Notes: generated from the sequence alone by a model not told the origin. Shown: positions 27,301 to 35,894, counted from the first letter of the stretch. The stretch: 64,000 nucleotides of DNA from Gemmatimonadota bacterium (GCA_021413975.1 JAIOPJ010000020.1:57975-121974); one strand, 5' to 3'. A program made the numbers and translations.

Positions 27301-30300
27301 TGTCCCGGTCACGCCCGTCGCCGCCGGCGTGATCGTGGTGCCGCCGGCGCCGATCGCGCGGATCACGACGTTCGCCGCGAGCTGCCCAGCCGGGATGAAC
27401 GCCGGATCGGGCGAGACCGACGCCCGACCCGGCGTCCCGAAGCTGTAGGTGATGTACGTGCCGCCCACCGGCGCCGGATCCGTCAGCAGGATCTGCGTGG
27501 AGACCTCGTCGTTCACGAGCAGCGTGTAGCCGCCGCTCGTGAACCGCACGCTCGCCTGCACCGCGAGCACGGCCGTGTCGCCGGCGTAGCCACCACCGCC
27601 ACCACCGTCGGTCGCGAAGATGCGCGTGGTGCCCGCGTTGCGACCGTTGAGCTGCGCGGTCCCCACCGTCGAGCCGGCGGCGATCGTCACCGAGGTCGGC
27701 GAGAAGAACGCGAACGTGTCGGCGACCGCGAGGTTCACCGTCACGTTGCTCGCGAACGGCCGGCTCAGGTAGACCGGGATCGACACGTTCGTCGCCGAGC
27801 GGCCGATCGCGAGCGTGTCGCGACCGAATGAGATGATCGGCGGCACCGAGTTCGTCACCGTGATCGTCGCCGGAGTCGCCGACGTGATCGCCCCGCTCGT
27901 CGCCGTGATCGTCGTCGAGCCGATCGCGACGCCGGTGACCACGCCACCCGCCGTCACCGTCGCGATTCCTGGTGCCGCCGACGTGAAGGTGAACGCGCCG
28001 CCCGGGATGAAGTAGCCGTTCGCGTCACGCCGGCGCGCCGTGAGCACCACCGAGCCCGTGGGCGCGACGGTGGCCGTCCCGGGCGAGAGGTCCACCGCCG
28101 TCATCACCTGCGCGACCGTGAGCGCGGCCGCTCCCACCACGCCCTGCGCACTCGCGCGGATCGCCGTGAACCCGTTCGCCGCCGAGAGGGCGCGCGCGGT
28201 CGCCGTGCCGACCGAGTCGAGGCTCGCCACCGAGGGATTCGACGACGCCCAGGCGAAGCTGATCCCCGGCATCACCACATTGAGCGTGTCGTACGCGACC
28301 GCACGGTAGCTGCGCGTGCTCGCGAGCGCCGCGAGCGAGAAGGTGTCGCTCGCGACGAAGGTGGCCGAGTCGCGCACCACCGCGATCCGCGTGATCGGCG
28401 TGATCACCGTGAGATTCGAGATCCCGGTCACGGCGCCCGCGGTCGCGCGCACCTGCGTGGCGCCGAGGCCGACGCCGGTCGCGATGCCGCCGGTCGTGAT
28501 CGACGCGATCGCGCCCGAGAGCGTGCTCCAGGCGAAACTCGGCTGGGCAGCGAGCGGCACTCCCAATCCGTCGACCGCGCTCGCGGTGAACGCGAACGAT
28601 GCGCCGAGGTAGATGCTCCGCGCGCCCGGCGTCACCGCGATCGAGGCGAGACGCTGCTCGACCACGATCCGCGCCGAATCGCGCGTGCCGCCGGCCTCGG
28701 TCACGATCACCCAGGTCGCCCCGTTCGCCACGGCGCGCGCCCGTCCGGTGGAGTCCACCGTGACCCGCGAGCTGTCGCGCGATCCCCAGCTGAAGGTGCC
28801 GGCCGTCACGCCGCCGGCGCCGTCACGCGCAGTCGCCACGAGCAGCCGCGTGGCACCGATCGCCGTGAGCGTATCGAGCTGCGGCGCGAGCGTGGTCGTC
28901 GCGACGCCGGCGCTCGCCGTGGCGTTCACCGTGAGCGGGGATCCCGTGAGTCCGGCTGACGTCACCGTGAGCACCTTCAAGCCGGTGCTCACCGGGAGCG
29001 TCCAGCCGACGCTGGCGAGGCCACTCGCATCGGACGTATCCGCGGCCGCGCTGGTCGTGCCGTTGGTGGTGGCGAACGCCACGATCACGCCGGCGACCGG
29101 ATTGGCGTAGCCATCAGTGGTACGGACCACGATCGGCTGTGCGAGCGCGGCACCGGGCGCGGCCACCTGTCCGCCACCCGAGACGAGACCGAGCACGCTC
29201 GCCGCCCGGGCGGTCACCGCGATCACTGCCGACGTGTCGGGCGACATCCCGGCCGCATTCACCGAGAGGCGGTAGCCCGTCCCCGCCCGCGTGAGCCTGA
29301 AGTTGTCGAACCGGGCGAGGCCGGCGAGCGCCCGCACCCGCGTCACGCCAGTGAAGGACGCGCCGGCGGGGTTCGCCGCGAACGCGAGGAAGACCGAGTC
29401 GCCGTACGTCGTGTCGCGGACCCCGCCCGAGGTCCGGGCTTCCACGAGCAACGCCGGGATGCTGTCACCGGCCTGATAGGTGCTGCCGACCTCCTGCGTG
29501 ATCACGAGCTGCGTCGCCGACAACACGACCGCGGTGGCGTTCACGACGAGGTTCGGGACACCGGCACTGCTCACCGTGACCGACTGCGAGCCGGCCGCGG
29601 CGCCCAACGTCCATGCGAAGCCGATCAACCCCTGCCCGTCGGTCACGGTGCCAGTCGGGACCACGCTGCCGCCGCCCGACGTCACGGCCACGGTGACGGC
29701 TGCACCGGCGAGCGGTTGGCCGTCGGTCGCGGTGAGGCGCACGCTGACCGGCTGCGGCAGGGCAGCGTTCGCCCCGGCGGTCTGAGCTCCGCCACTCACG
29801 ATCGCGAGCGCCGAAGGACGCGGGAGCACCACCAACACCGAGGTGTCCTCGGCGGCACCACTCGCCAGCTGCGCGCGGATCCGCGCGATGCCGCGCAAGG
29901 CCGTCGAGGTTCCGGCGCCGCCCGCAGGCGAGCCGAGCGTCGCGCGCGAGGGATCGAGTGTCGTGAACACGATCGGCGCGCCGGCGATCACGCTGCCCTG
30001 TCCGTCGCGCGCCGTCGCGGTGAAGGTGAACGGGTCGCCGGCGGTGACCGTGAGGGTCTCCGGCACCATCAAGATGCCGGTCGCTTGCGCTCCGGGTCCC
30101 ACATACGTCAGAGGCACTGCGGCGGGCGGCGGCGGGGGCGACCCAGGGGCGCGCACCTGTGCCAGCACCGGTACCGGTCCGCCACGGAACACGGTGTCGC
30201 CCGCGGCATTGACGTAGGCGAGCGTCAGCGCGAGCGGCTCACCCTCGCTCGCGGATGCGGACGCCGCGAGGGGCACCCGGAGGTCGAGCGCGATCGAGTC

Positions 30301-30582
30301 GGCGTTCGAGGGGAAGTTGACGAGCGTGTCGAGCGCGACGGACAGGTCGGCGCGCCGGAAGACCACGCGCACCTGCGTGAACGGCACCACCGCACCCGCG
30401 CCCGCCGCGACCGACGCCAACGGCGCCGGGAACTCCGCGACGAACGACAATCCTGAGGCGTACCGCAATCCCTCACCCGGACCGGTGATCTCCCGACCGC
30501 AGGAGAGCAACGACAAGGCGAGCACGGCCACGGCCGCGATGAGCGTCCGGGGGCGAGGAAGACGGGGGCCTGAGCGTACCAT
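24334..30582 (-). CDS. Giant (2082 aa) surface lipoprotein built of bacterial Ig-like domains and six A/B super-repeats (adhesin/fibril-like)
   Basis: Track ORF with the lipobox LALSLLSC-G. Big_2-like modules are present (VTVDSTGRARAVANGATWVIVTEAGGTRDSARIVV, among others). The C-terminal 1170 aa form alternating ~90-100 aa modules sharing (I/L)P-x-G-x-YY motifs. Confidence 0.9.
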   Translation of the reverse strand: MVRSGPRLPRPRTLIAAVAVLALSLLSCGREITGPGEGLRYASGLSFVAEFPAPLASVAAGAGAVVPFTQVRVVFRRADLSVALDTLVNFPSNADSIALDLRVPLAASASASEGEPLALTLAYVNAAGDTVFRGGPVPVLAQVRAPGSPPPPPAAVPLTYVGPGAQATGILMVPETLTVTAGDPFTFTATARDGQGSVIAGAPIVFTTLDPSRATLGSPAGGAGTSTALRGIARIRAQLASGAAEDTSVLVVLPRPSALAIVSGGAQTAGANAALPQPVSVRLTATDGQPLAGAAVTVAVTSGGGSVVPTGTVTDGQGLIGFAWTLGAAAGSQSVTVSSAGVPNLVVNATAVVLSATQLVITQEVGSTYQAGDSIPALLVEARTSGGVRDTTYGDSVFLAFAANPAGASFTGVTRVRALAGLARFDNFRLTRAGTGYRLSVNAAGMSPDTSAVIAVTARAASVLGLVSGGGQVAAPGAALAQPIVVRTTDGYANPVAGVIVAFATTNGTTSAAADTSDASGLASVGWTLPVSTGLKVLTVTSAGLTGSPLTVNATASAGVATTTLAPQLDTLTAIGATRLLVATARDGAGGVTAGTFSWGSRDSSRVTVDSTGRARAVANGATWVIVTEAGGTRDSARIVVEQRLASIAVTPGARSIYLGASFAFTASAVDGLGVPLAAQPSFAWSTLSGAIASITTGGIATGVGLGATQVRATAGAVTGISNLTVITPITRIAVVRDSATFVASDTFSLAALASTRSYRAVAYDTLNVVMPGISFAWASSNPSVASLDSVGTATARALSAANGFTAIRASAQGVVGAAALTVAQVMTAVDLSPGTATVAPTGSVVLTARRRDANGYFIPGGAFTFTSAAPGIATVTAGGVVTGVAIGSTTITATSGAITSATPATITVTNSVPPIISFGRDTLAIGRSATNVSIPVYLSRPFASNVTVNLAVADTFAFFSPTSVTIAAGSTVGTAQLNGRNAGTTRIFATDGGGGGGYAGDTAVLAVQASVRFTSGGYTLLVNDEVSTQILLTDPAPVGGTYITYSFGTPGRASVSPDPAFIPAGQLAANVVIRAIGAGGTTITPAATGVTGTSTSVTTQAAVLTLYQPLIRVGAGQYRNDWYVATPSNVNNGFPVTLTSSDTTSFTTVPAIATLPGGTYYVYFTVRAKAVGSGTVTATAAGWTPDTKNVIVTTPRVRIVSGGGTLNTTSPATSLTIYSTDSTFQASWRSSDLAISISSSDTTVMRVTTPTVVIPADQYFTNTPRVVPGGTPGTAWIRVTASGHFSDSVQYTVVGPRIRVALGAVRVGAGQNRPDGYVYAPDNVTAPLVVRLVSSNPAVAAVPDSVIIPAGTYYAYYPLRGLTPGTVQLTVTAPGYTRDSVFFTVTSPKLQVSGGGTYNNYSPPVAFTVYSADSLNGVHYANDTIRVSYSSSDTSVVRVTVPDTILPGEYYSQSGRVSFVGAGTAWVRATTPGYRPDSILYTVVQPKVQFSFNTYRIGRRQYRPTTDFYVYVPDNVAAPLNVTVTQTNTGADSLSRTDFTIGSGTYYTYFGLAGLQTGIDTLIVSAPGYFPDTAFVIVTSRRITGGSIPGTATTTTPPAATTIFITDSLGGAHYSLDTLLFSARSSNDAVLQPDSVGFRLPRGTYYVQPRMRFVGPGSASLTWSDSLGAGFGSLTSNSVTITGPSLGFANSSPVLGMRQYSAGTGAYVTIPNAIGAPLVVRLLSTDPTVATVPDSVIVPAGQTYAYVDIRAQDVVGTVQIQATALGYASANVTQQVTTPRFLLNVSANVRTTQSPPGITVQAADASGAAHYVWEPVTVTFASSFPSAATVDSTSVVIPAGQYYNNSARLLPVAPGTTTITVSDPRVQSYRYTDASAPVAVVLPTLGNSWGTSPLRLAVGQWREDGYIATTDNQVTPLNIALTHATSASTSAASIQIPNGTYYLYHRITGAAIGVDTITYSAAGHVSARGPVIVGTGRVDALGSWPATIGGATDSVAVTLYARDMDGNVRNVSVATTFNVAVSGGALDIRFGGATVTSVTIPADAQSVTFYLRRLANGTATVTFTNANYTTQVAPTVTVSIP
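24337..27840 (-). repeat. Protein-level tandem array inside the giant gene: six ~190-aa (about 570 nt) super-repeats, each an A module plus a B module
   Basis: Hand alignment of aa 915-2082. A modules start near aa 915, 1106, 1297, 1488, 1685 and 1884. B modules start near aa 1011, 1197, 1390, 1582, 1781 and 1976. The repeats are diverged at nucleotide level. Confidence 0.75.
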
Positions 30583-30644
30583 GACTCGGTTAACCTATGG
30601 CGACCCGCGCGGAAGCACCAACGACCTGCGTCACATTCCCAATA

Positions 30645-30682
30645 GGAAAGGGGGGCCCGGCGACGCCCGGGCCCCCCTTTCC
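30645..30682 (-). terminator. Intrinsic terminator after the M28 peptidase gene
   Basis: GGAAAGGGGGGCCCGG (30645-30660) pairs with CCGGGCCCCCCTTTCC (30667-30682), giving a 16-bp stem and a 6-nt loop. It lies 15 nt past the stop on the minus strand. It separates the ABC/M28 operon from the giant gene. Confidence 0.7.
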
Positions 30683-30697
30683 GCCCACCTGAGCTCT

Positions 30698-32335
30698 CTA
30701 ACGGGTCGCCGCCGGCACCTGCCGCTGCGCCTTCACGCACTCCCGCCAGACCCCGGGCTGACCGTTCGGACCGGCCGGCAGCGGATCGACCACCTGGTGC
30801 GGCTGGAAGGTGGGGTCCTCGCTGGCGAGGAACGCGAGCATCGCCAGCAGCGTCGCGTTGTGCTTCAGGTCCGCCTCCACGACCTTGTCGTACGAATCAC
30901 GGTCGGTGTGCCAGGTGGTGGATCCGTAGTCCCAGCCGAGCGCGCCGGTGCCGTAGGCCGGCGCCTTGTAGCAGGCGAAGCTCGCATTGTCACTGCCGCC
31001 CGTGGCCTGCCCGCTGACGGGCTGGAACCGGATGTAGCGGGTGAACTCGTTCGGGATCGCACCGAGGTAACCCGCGAGCCGGTCGCCCGCGCCGAGGCTC
31101 GGTCCGCCGGAGAGGTTCACGATCCGACCGGTGCCGTTGTCCTGGTTGAAGAGCGCCTGCAAGCCGGCCACGACCTCGGGATGGTCCTCGCTGAATGCGC
31201 GCGAACCGTTGAGTCCCTGTTCCTCGCCGTTCCAGTGACCGACGATGATCGTGCGCTTGGGGTTCGGATACACCTGCCGCAGGATCCGCAGCGCTTCCAT
31301 CATGGTGATCGTGCCGGTGCCGTTGTCGGTCGAGCCCGACGACGCGGCCCAGGAGTCGAAGTGCGCCGAGAGGACGACGTACTCGTTCGGCCGCTCGGTG
31401 CCCTTCAGCTCGGCGATCACGTTGAAGACCGGGCGCTCGCCGAGCAGCTCGCTGTCGGTGAAGGCGCGCACGCGTGGCGCCTGCCCGGCGCGCGACATCC
31501 GGTAGAGCAACCCGTAGTCCTCGCAGCCCACGGCGAAGCTCGGCACCGTCTGGTTCGGCGAACCGAAGACCTTGTTGATGCCGGGGTAGTTCGACCACTG
31601 GAAGGTGAACACCGCGATCGCGCCGGCGTCCCTGAGCTTCTGCCAGACCGAGCGTCCGCCGCTCATCGCGACGTTCAGGTTGTTCCACGACAGCTGCAGC
31701 TCCTGCTGCGCCTTGTTCACGCGCTCGAGCTCCTCCGGCGTGCCGAACTCCTGCCACTGCTGCGGCGAACGGCACGAGAGCCGCGGCACGTTCATGAGGA
31801 AGATCCTCCCCTTCACGTTCGGCAGCCAGGCGTCGAACGCCTCGGGCGTGGAGATGTTCGCGGGATACGCGATCACGTCGCCCTCGATCGGCCGGCCACC
31901 GGTCGACGGGCTCCACGCCAGCGCGGTCGCCTCGAGGGACCGCACACGCGGTGCGATCAGGTCCACGTGCGCGACACCCTTGCTCCAGCCGAGCCAGGTG
32001 CCGTAGCGCTCGCGACGGGCACCCACGCCCCACGACGCGTACGTCTCGACCATCCACGCCTGCGCCGCATCCGACTGCGGCGAGCCGGTGAGCCGCTGCC
32101 CGTGCCGGTCCATCAGCACCTGCGCGAGCGTCATCGCCTGCGACCGGTTCATCCCCTCGTCGACGAGCCTGAGGATCGTGGGATCGTTCGCGGCGTTGCG
32201 CCGGACGTAGGCCGGGTACTCCGCGGCGGGGATCGGGTCGGCGAAGCGATCGCGGTTGGCGGGTGCGGGGCGTGCGGGCTGCGCGGCGAGCGGCGCCGCG
32301 ACGAGCGCGAGCATGACGAGTGAACGGAGGGACAC
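30698..32335 (-). CDS. Secreted M28-family zinc aminopeptidase
   Basis: Track ORF 30698..32371. I set the start at GTG 32335, preceded by GAGAGGAG plus 6 nt, which gives the signal SLRSLVMLALVAAPLAAQ. The M28 motifs are LSAHFDSWAASSGSTDNGTGTITMMEALR and HWNGEEQGLNGS. Confidence 0.9.
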   Translation of the reverse strand: MSLRSLVMLALVAAPLAAQPARPAPANRDRFADPIPAAEYPAYVRRNAANDPTILRLVDEGMNRSQAMTLAQVLMDRHGQRLTGSPQSDAAQAWMVETYASWGVGARRERYGTWLGWSKGVAHVDLIAPRVRSLEATALAWSPSTGGRPIEGDVIAYPANISTPEAFDAWLPNVKGRIFLMNVPRLSCRSPQQWQEFGTPEELERVNKAQQELQLSWNNLNVAMSGGRSVWQKLRDAGAIAVFTFQWSNYPGINKVFGSPNQTVPSFAVGCEDYGLLYRMSRAGQAPRVRAFTDSELLGERPVFNVIAELKGTERPNEYVVLSAHFDSWAASSGSTDNGTGTITMMEALRILRQVYPNPKRTIIVGHWNGEEQGLNGSRAFSEDHPEVVAGLQALFNQDNGTGRIVNLSGGPSLGAGDRLAGYLGAIPNEFTRYIRFQPVSGQATGGSDNASFACYKAPAYGTGALGWDYGSTTWHTDRDSYDKVVEADLKHNATLLAMLAFLASEDPTFQPHQVVDPLPAGPNGQPGVWRECVKAQRQVPAATR

Positions 32336-32372
32336 GTGCGACTCCTCTCTACGGGGTGGACGGTCCTGCAAC

Positions 32373-33620
32373 TTACAGCTTGGGGGAGAGCCCGTCAGCG
32401 AGTGACGAGCGGTACGCTCTCCACGCGGGCAGCACGCCCACGAGCGTGCCGGCGCTCACCACGAGCGCGAGGTACGCCCACTCGGCGCTGCCGAGCGGGT
32501 GGAGCGTGAGGGCGAGCCCGAAGCGCGCCTCCACCGCCGACCGTGCGGCGGCGATGCCCGCGTACACGAGGGCGACGCCGGCGGTGGCGCCCACGAGCGC
32601 CAGCAGCCCCGACTCGAGCACGAGCAGCGAGACGATCAGGCGCGGGCCGGCACCGACCGCGCGGAGGATCGCCATCTCGCGCCGCCTCGACTCGAGCGAG
32701 GCATAGAGCGCGACGACCATCCCGATCAGGCCGACCAGCACGGTGAAGAGCGCGACCACGCGCAGTCCCACTTCGGCGCTGCCGATGGTCTGCCAGAGCT
32801 GCTGCAGCGCCAAGCCGGGGATGATGGCGGTGAGCGGTTCGAGCTTGTCCTCGTTCATCTCACGCTGGAGCTGCAGCGTCTCGAACCGGTTCTTGGTGCC
32901 GAGCAGGAAGGCCGTGATGGGTGGCTGTTCGCCCGGCGCGCGCGCGACCGGCGGCGGACCCATCATCAGGCCGCCCGAGGTCGCCTCGTCGTCGTGCATC
33001 GCCGTGAGGCCATCGAGCGTCGAGTAGAGCGCCCGGTCGATCGGCGTGAATGTCCGCGCGATCACGCCGCTCACGGTGAACGGATGCGCCTCATGCTCGG
33101 CGAACGAGACCGCGCCGAGCCCGTGCGCCAGCGTGACCTTGCTGCCCACAGAGTAGCCGAGGCGTTCGGCGACATCGGACCCGATCGCGATCTCGCGGTC
33201 GTTCGCGGGTGCTTTGCCGCTCGCGAAGGTCACCGACTGGTCGCGGAAGCGATAATGCTCGAAGAAGGCCGCCGTGGTGCCGATCACCCGGTGCCCGCGG
33301 TGCGCGTCGCCGAGCGCGTAGGGGATCGTCCACTTCACCGCGGGGTGTGCGGCCCAGCGCTCGTAGGTGGCCCATGACACGCTGCCATTGGGCACCGACA
33401 TGCCGAAGACGGTGGAGAGCAGGACCTGCGTGGTCCCCCCCCGCGCGCCGACGATGAGATCGGTGCCGCGGATCGTCCCGGCGAAGCTCTCGCGCACGCC
33501 CATGCGCACATGCTCGATGCCGACGAGCAGTGCCACCGAGAGCGCGATGCTCGCGGCGGTGAGCAGGGAGATCAGCCGGCGGTTGCCGAGCGAGCGCCAG
33601 GCGAGCGAGAGGAGGAACAT
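32373..33620 (-). CDS. FtsX-like (MacB-type) ABC transporter permease
   Basis: Track ORF of 415 aa. It has an N-terminal TM helix, a large periplasmic domain and then 3 TM helices of the FtsX fold. The start has a 1-nt overlap with the ATPase stop. Confidence 0.85.
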   Translation of the reverse strand: MFLLSLAWRSLGNRRLISLLTAASIALSVALLVGIEHVRMGVRESFAGTIRGTDLIVGARGGTTQVLLSTVFGMSVPNGSVSWATYERWAAHPAVKWTIPYALGDAHRGHRVIGTTAAFFEHYRFRDQSVTFASGKAPANDREIAIGSDVAERLGYSVGSKVTLAHGLGAVSFAEHEAHPFTVSGVIARTFTPIDRALYSTLDGLTAMHDDEATSGGLMMGPPPVARAPGEQPPITAFLLGTKNRFETLQLQREMNEDKLEPLTAIIPGLALQQLWQTIGSAEVGLRVVALFTVLVGLIGMVVALYASLESRRREMAILRAVGAGPRLIVSLLVLESGLLALVGATAGVALVYAGIAAARSAVEARFGLALTLHPLGSAEWAYLALVVSAGTLVGVLPAWRAYRSSLADGLSPKL

Positions 33621-34351
33621 CAGCCCACCATCTCGCGCACGGCGGCCTTGTTGAGCTCGGGAAGCTCGACGGTGCGCTGGAAGCGCGCGGCGAGCGAGAG
33701 GTCGTGGCTCACGAACACGAGCGCGCTCCCCGCCTCCTCGCAGCGCGCGAAGAGCAGCTCGAGGAACCGGTCGCGGCGGTCGGAGTCGAGCGCGCTCGTC
33801 GGTTCATCGCAGACCACGAGCCCGGGCGCGCCGATGAGCGCACGCGCCACTCCCACACGCTGCTGCTGTCCGACGCTCAGTGCCGTCACCGGCTTGTCGA
33901 GCAGTTCCGCGATCTCGAGCCGTTCGGCGAGGTGCGCGGCCTCGGCGCCGACGTCCGCGCCCTTGAGGCGTGCCCGGCGCGCCGGCGAGAGGCGGCACGG
34001 CAGCGTGATGTTCTCCCGAACGGAGAGATACGGGATGAGGTTGAACATCTGGAAGACGTAGCCCAGGTGTTCGGCGCGGAAGCGGTCGCGCGCGCCGCTC
34101 GTGAGGCCGCTGAGCGTGGTGCCCAGCACCCGCACGGTGCCGGTGCGCGGCACGAGCACTCCCGCGAGGAGACCGAGGAGGGTCGTCTTGCCGCTGCCGC
34201 TCGGGCCGTGCAGGAAGCAACGCTCCCCTTGCCCGATGGTCAGCGCGGGGAGGTCGATGACGTCCCGCCCGCCTTTGTAGGCGAAGCGGATATCGCGCAG
34301 CTCGACGGCGGGGCTGGAGGTCCCGGCGGCGCCGGCCGTGGCCGAGCTCAC
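33620..34351 (-). CDS. ABC transporter ATP-binding protein (MacB/LolD-type)
   Basis: C-terminal part of track ORF 33620..34981. GTG 34351 overlaps the DUF3299 stop (GTGA). Walker A is GPSGSGKTTLL, the signature is LSVGQQQRVGVARAL and Walker B is VVCDEPTSALD. Confidence 0.9.
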   Translation of the reverse strand: MSSATAGAAGTSSPAVELRDIRFAYKGGRDVIDLPALTIGQGERCFLHGPSGSGKTTLLGLLAGVLVPRTGTVRVLGTTLSGLTSGARDRFRAEHLGYVFQMFNLIPYLSVRENITLPCRLSPARRARLKGADVGAEAAHLAERLEIAELLDKPVTALSVGQQQRVGVARALIGAPGLVVCDEPTSALDSDRRDRFLELLFARCEEAGSALVFVSHDLSLAARFQRTVELPELNKAAVREMVG

Positions 34352-34890
34352 CGGCCGGTGTAGGGCTTCATGCTGGTGGCGTCGATCTGGTACCCGACCT
34401 GGCCATAGGGCGAATCGTAGTTCGTGATTCGCAGCGTCCCCTCGAGCCAGATCGCGTCGAAGAGCGCGAGCTTCACGTTCTTGTTGCCGACCATCTTCAC
34501 GAAGGCCATCTGGTTCGGGGGCGGGGGCGGCGTGTGCACGCAGGCTCCGTAGTACGGCACGAGCAGGAACTCGGCTCCTTCCTGGTCCGCGTCGTCGAGG
34601 GGCACGATGAATCCCGGCACGCGGATGTGCTGTCCGTCGAGCTTCTTGAGCGTGTCGGATGCCTTCCCGGTCTCGTAGTCGAGCCCGGCGAGGAGCCGCC
34701 AGTCGATGCTCGTGAAGGCGCCGGCTGGCGTGGCGGTCTGCGGGATGGCGGAGGGGCGCGCCTGCGCCTCGATGACGGCGCCGTTTGCCAGTGGAGCGGA
34801 GACCATGACCACGCCGGCGAGCAGGAACGCACGCAGGGGTGCAGGCCGCGAAGAAGAAGTCGGGAGGAGGTTCGAGCGATCGGTGGTCAT
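34348..34890 (-). CDS. DUF3299-domain periplasmic protein
   Basis: Frame of track ORF 34348..35160, starting at ATG 34890 with a signal peptide. The characteristic motif is LLVPYYGACVHTPPPPPNQ. Confidence 0.8.
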   Translation of the reverse strand: MTTDRSNLLPTSSSRPAPLRAFLLAGVVMVSAPLANGAVIEAQARPSAIPQTATPAGAFTSIDWRLLAGLDYETGKASDTLKKLDGQHIRVPGFIVPLDDADQEGAEFLLVPYYGACVHTPPPPPNQMAFVKMVGNKNVKLALFDAIWLEGTLRITNYDSPYGQVGYQIDATSMKPYTGR

Positions 34891-34943
34891 GCGGGTGATA
34901 CCCCACTGCGAGGGAGCGGTGCGACCAATGCCTGCTGCGAAAA

Positions 34944-35777
34944 TTACTGCGCGGCCGTCGCGTTCGTTGACTTTCCGGCATCGCTCACGCCACGACCGAT
35001 GCCCGCGAGCACGCTCTCGACGATGTTCCGTTTGGCGTAATCGCCCCGGCTGATCAGTCCCGTGAAGTCCCCCGCGCCGAGCACCTCGGCTTCGATCGCC
35101 CGCGCCGTCCATCCCTCGGCGGCGCGGCGTTCGATGCGGCCCACGACCTCCTCGATCCACTGCGCCTTGGCCAGCAGCATCTCCACGGGGCGCTCGATGG
35201 CTCCGCGGTGTGCATCGAAGAAACGCCTCGGTGCGAGCGCGGCGACCCGCCTCAGCACCGCGACCTGCCCCCGGATGTCCTCTCCGGGATGCGCGATCCG
35301 CACCTTCACCCCGAGGAACAGATCGCCACCGAACACCGTCTCGCGCTCGGCGTCCCAGACCACATGGTGATCGGCGGAATGCCCCGGCGTGTGGATCAGG
35401 GTGAGCGCGGGGTGCTCGTAGGGCGCCGGCTGCACGGCGAGCGGCCTGGCCGATCCCCAGCAGAGGCGGCGGTACCAGCCGATCGGCTCCGGGTGGACGA
35501 TGCGCTCGAGCGTCAGCGGAGCGAGTCCCACGGGTACGCCGAGCGCGGCGAGACGTCCCACGTTGCCGGCGTGGTCCTCGTGATGGTGCGTCACCAACGC
35601 GCCCTCCGGACGCACGCCGGCGAGCCAGGCCGAGAGGTCACCCCCCATGGCGGGGAAGCCCGTATCCACGAGCACGCCGCGCACGAGGTAGGCGCTCACC
35701 TCGTAGTTCATGGCGCGGCTCATGCGCGAGGAGCAGCGGAGCCGCGTGACGTCGCCGTGGGAGATGACAGTGAGCAT
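34944..35777 (-). CDS. MBL-fold metallo-hydrolase
   Basis: Track ORF of 277 aa. It carries the HxHxDH motif (VTHHHEDHAGN) and later TPGHSADH. Confidence 0.85.
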   Translation of the reverse strand: MLTVISHGDVTRLRCSSRMSRAMNYEVSAYLVRGVLVDTGFPAMGGDLSAWLAGVRPEGALVTHHHEDHAGNVGRLAALGVPVGLAPLTLERIVHPEPIGWYRRLCWGSARPLAVQPAPYEHPALTLIHTPGHSADHHVVWDAERETVFGGDLFLGVKVRIAHPGEDIRGQVAVLRRVAALAPRRFFDAHRGAIERPVEMLLAKAQWIEEVVGRIERRAAEGWTARAIEAEVLGAGDFTGLISRGDYAKRNIVESVLAGIGRGVSDAGKSTNATAAQ

Positions 35778-35894
35778 CGCTCGAAGGGTAATGGGAGGGG
35801 CCAGCTCTCCCGATGGGTACGCCGGTGGCTCGATCCGGCCCCACGGGGTAGCATACAGGCGTTCCTACCGCTCACTCTCCTCAGGAGTCGTCCG

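Noticed and set aside
27590-27612. Short GGT/GGC run (encodes GGGGGG in the giant protein) considered as a simple-sequence contingency locus
   Set aside because: It is only six Gly codons with mixed codons. It is not a homopolymer or perfect microsatellite, so there is no reason to expect phase variation.
24193-27831. Two long plus-strand ORFs (24193..25662 and 25684..27831)
   Set aside because: Both are antisense to the giant lipoprotein gene. They have extreme Arg/Asp/Gly/His content and no recognisable domains. The minus-strand frame has a coherent repeat architecture and a signal peptide.
30583-30644. Promoter hexamers for the giant lipoprotein gene (TTGGTG-17/18-TAGGTT on the minus strand)
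   Set aside because: The match to consensus is weak and would imply a nearly leaderless mRNA. It is not distinguishable from chance without TSS data.
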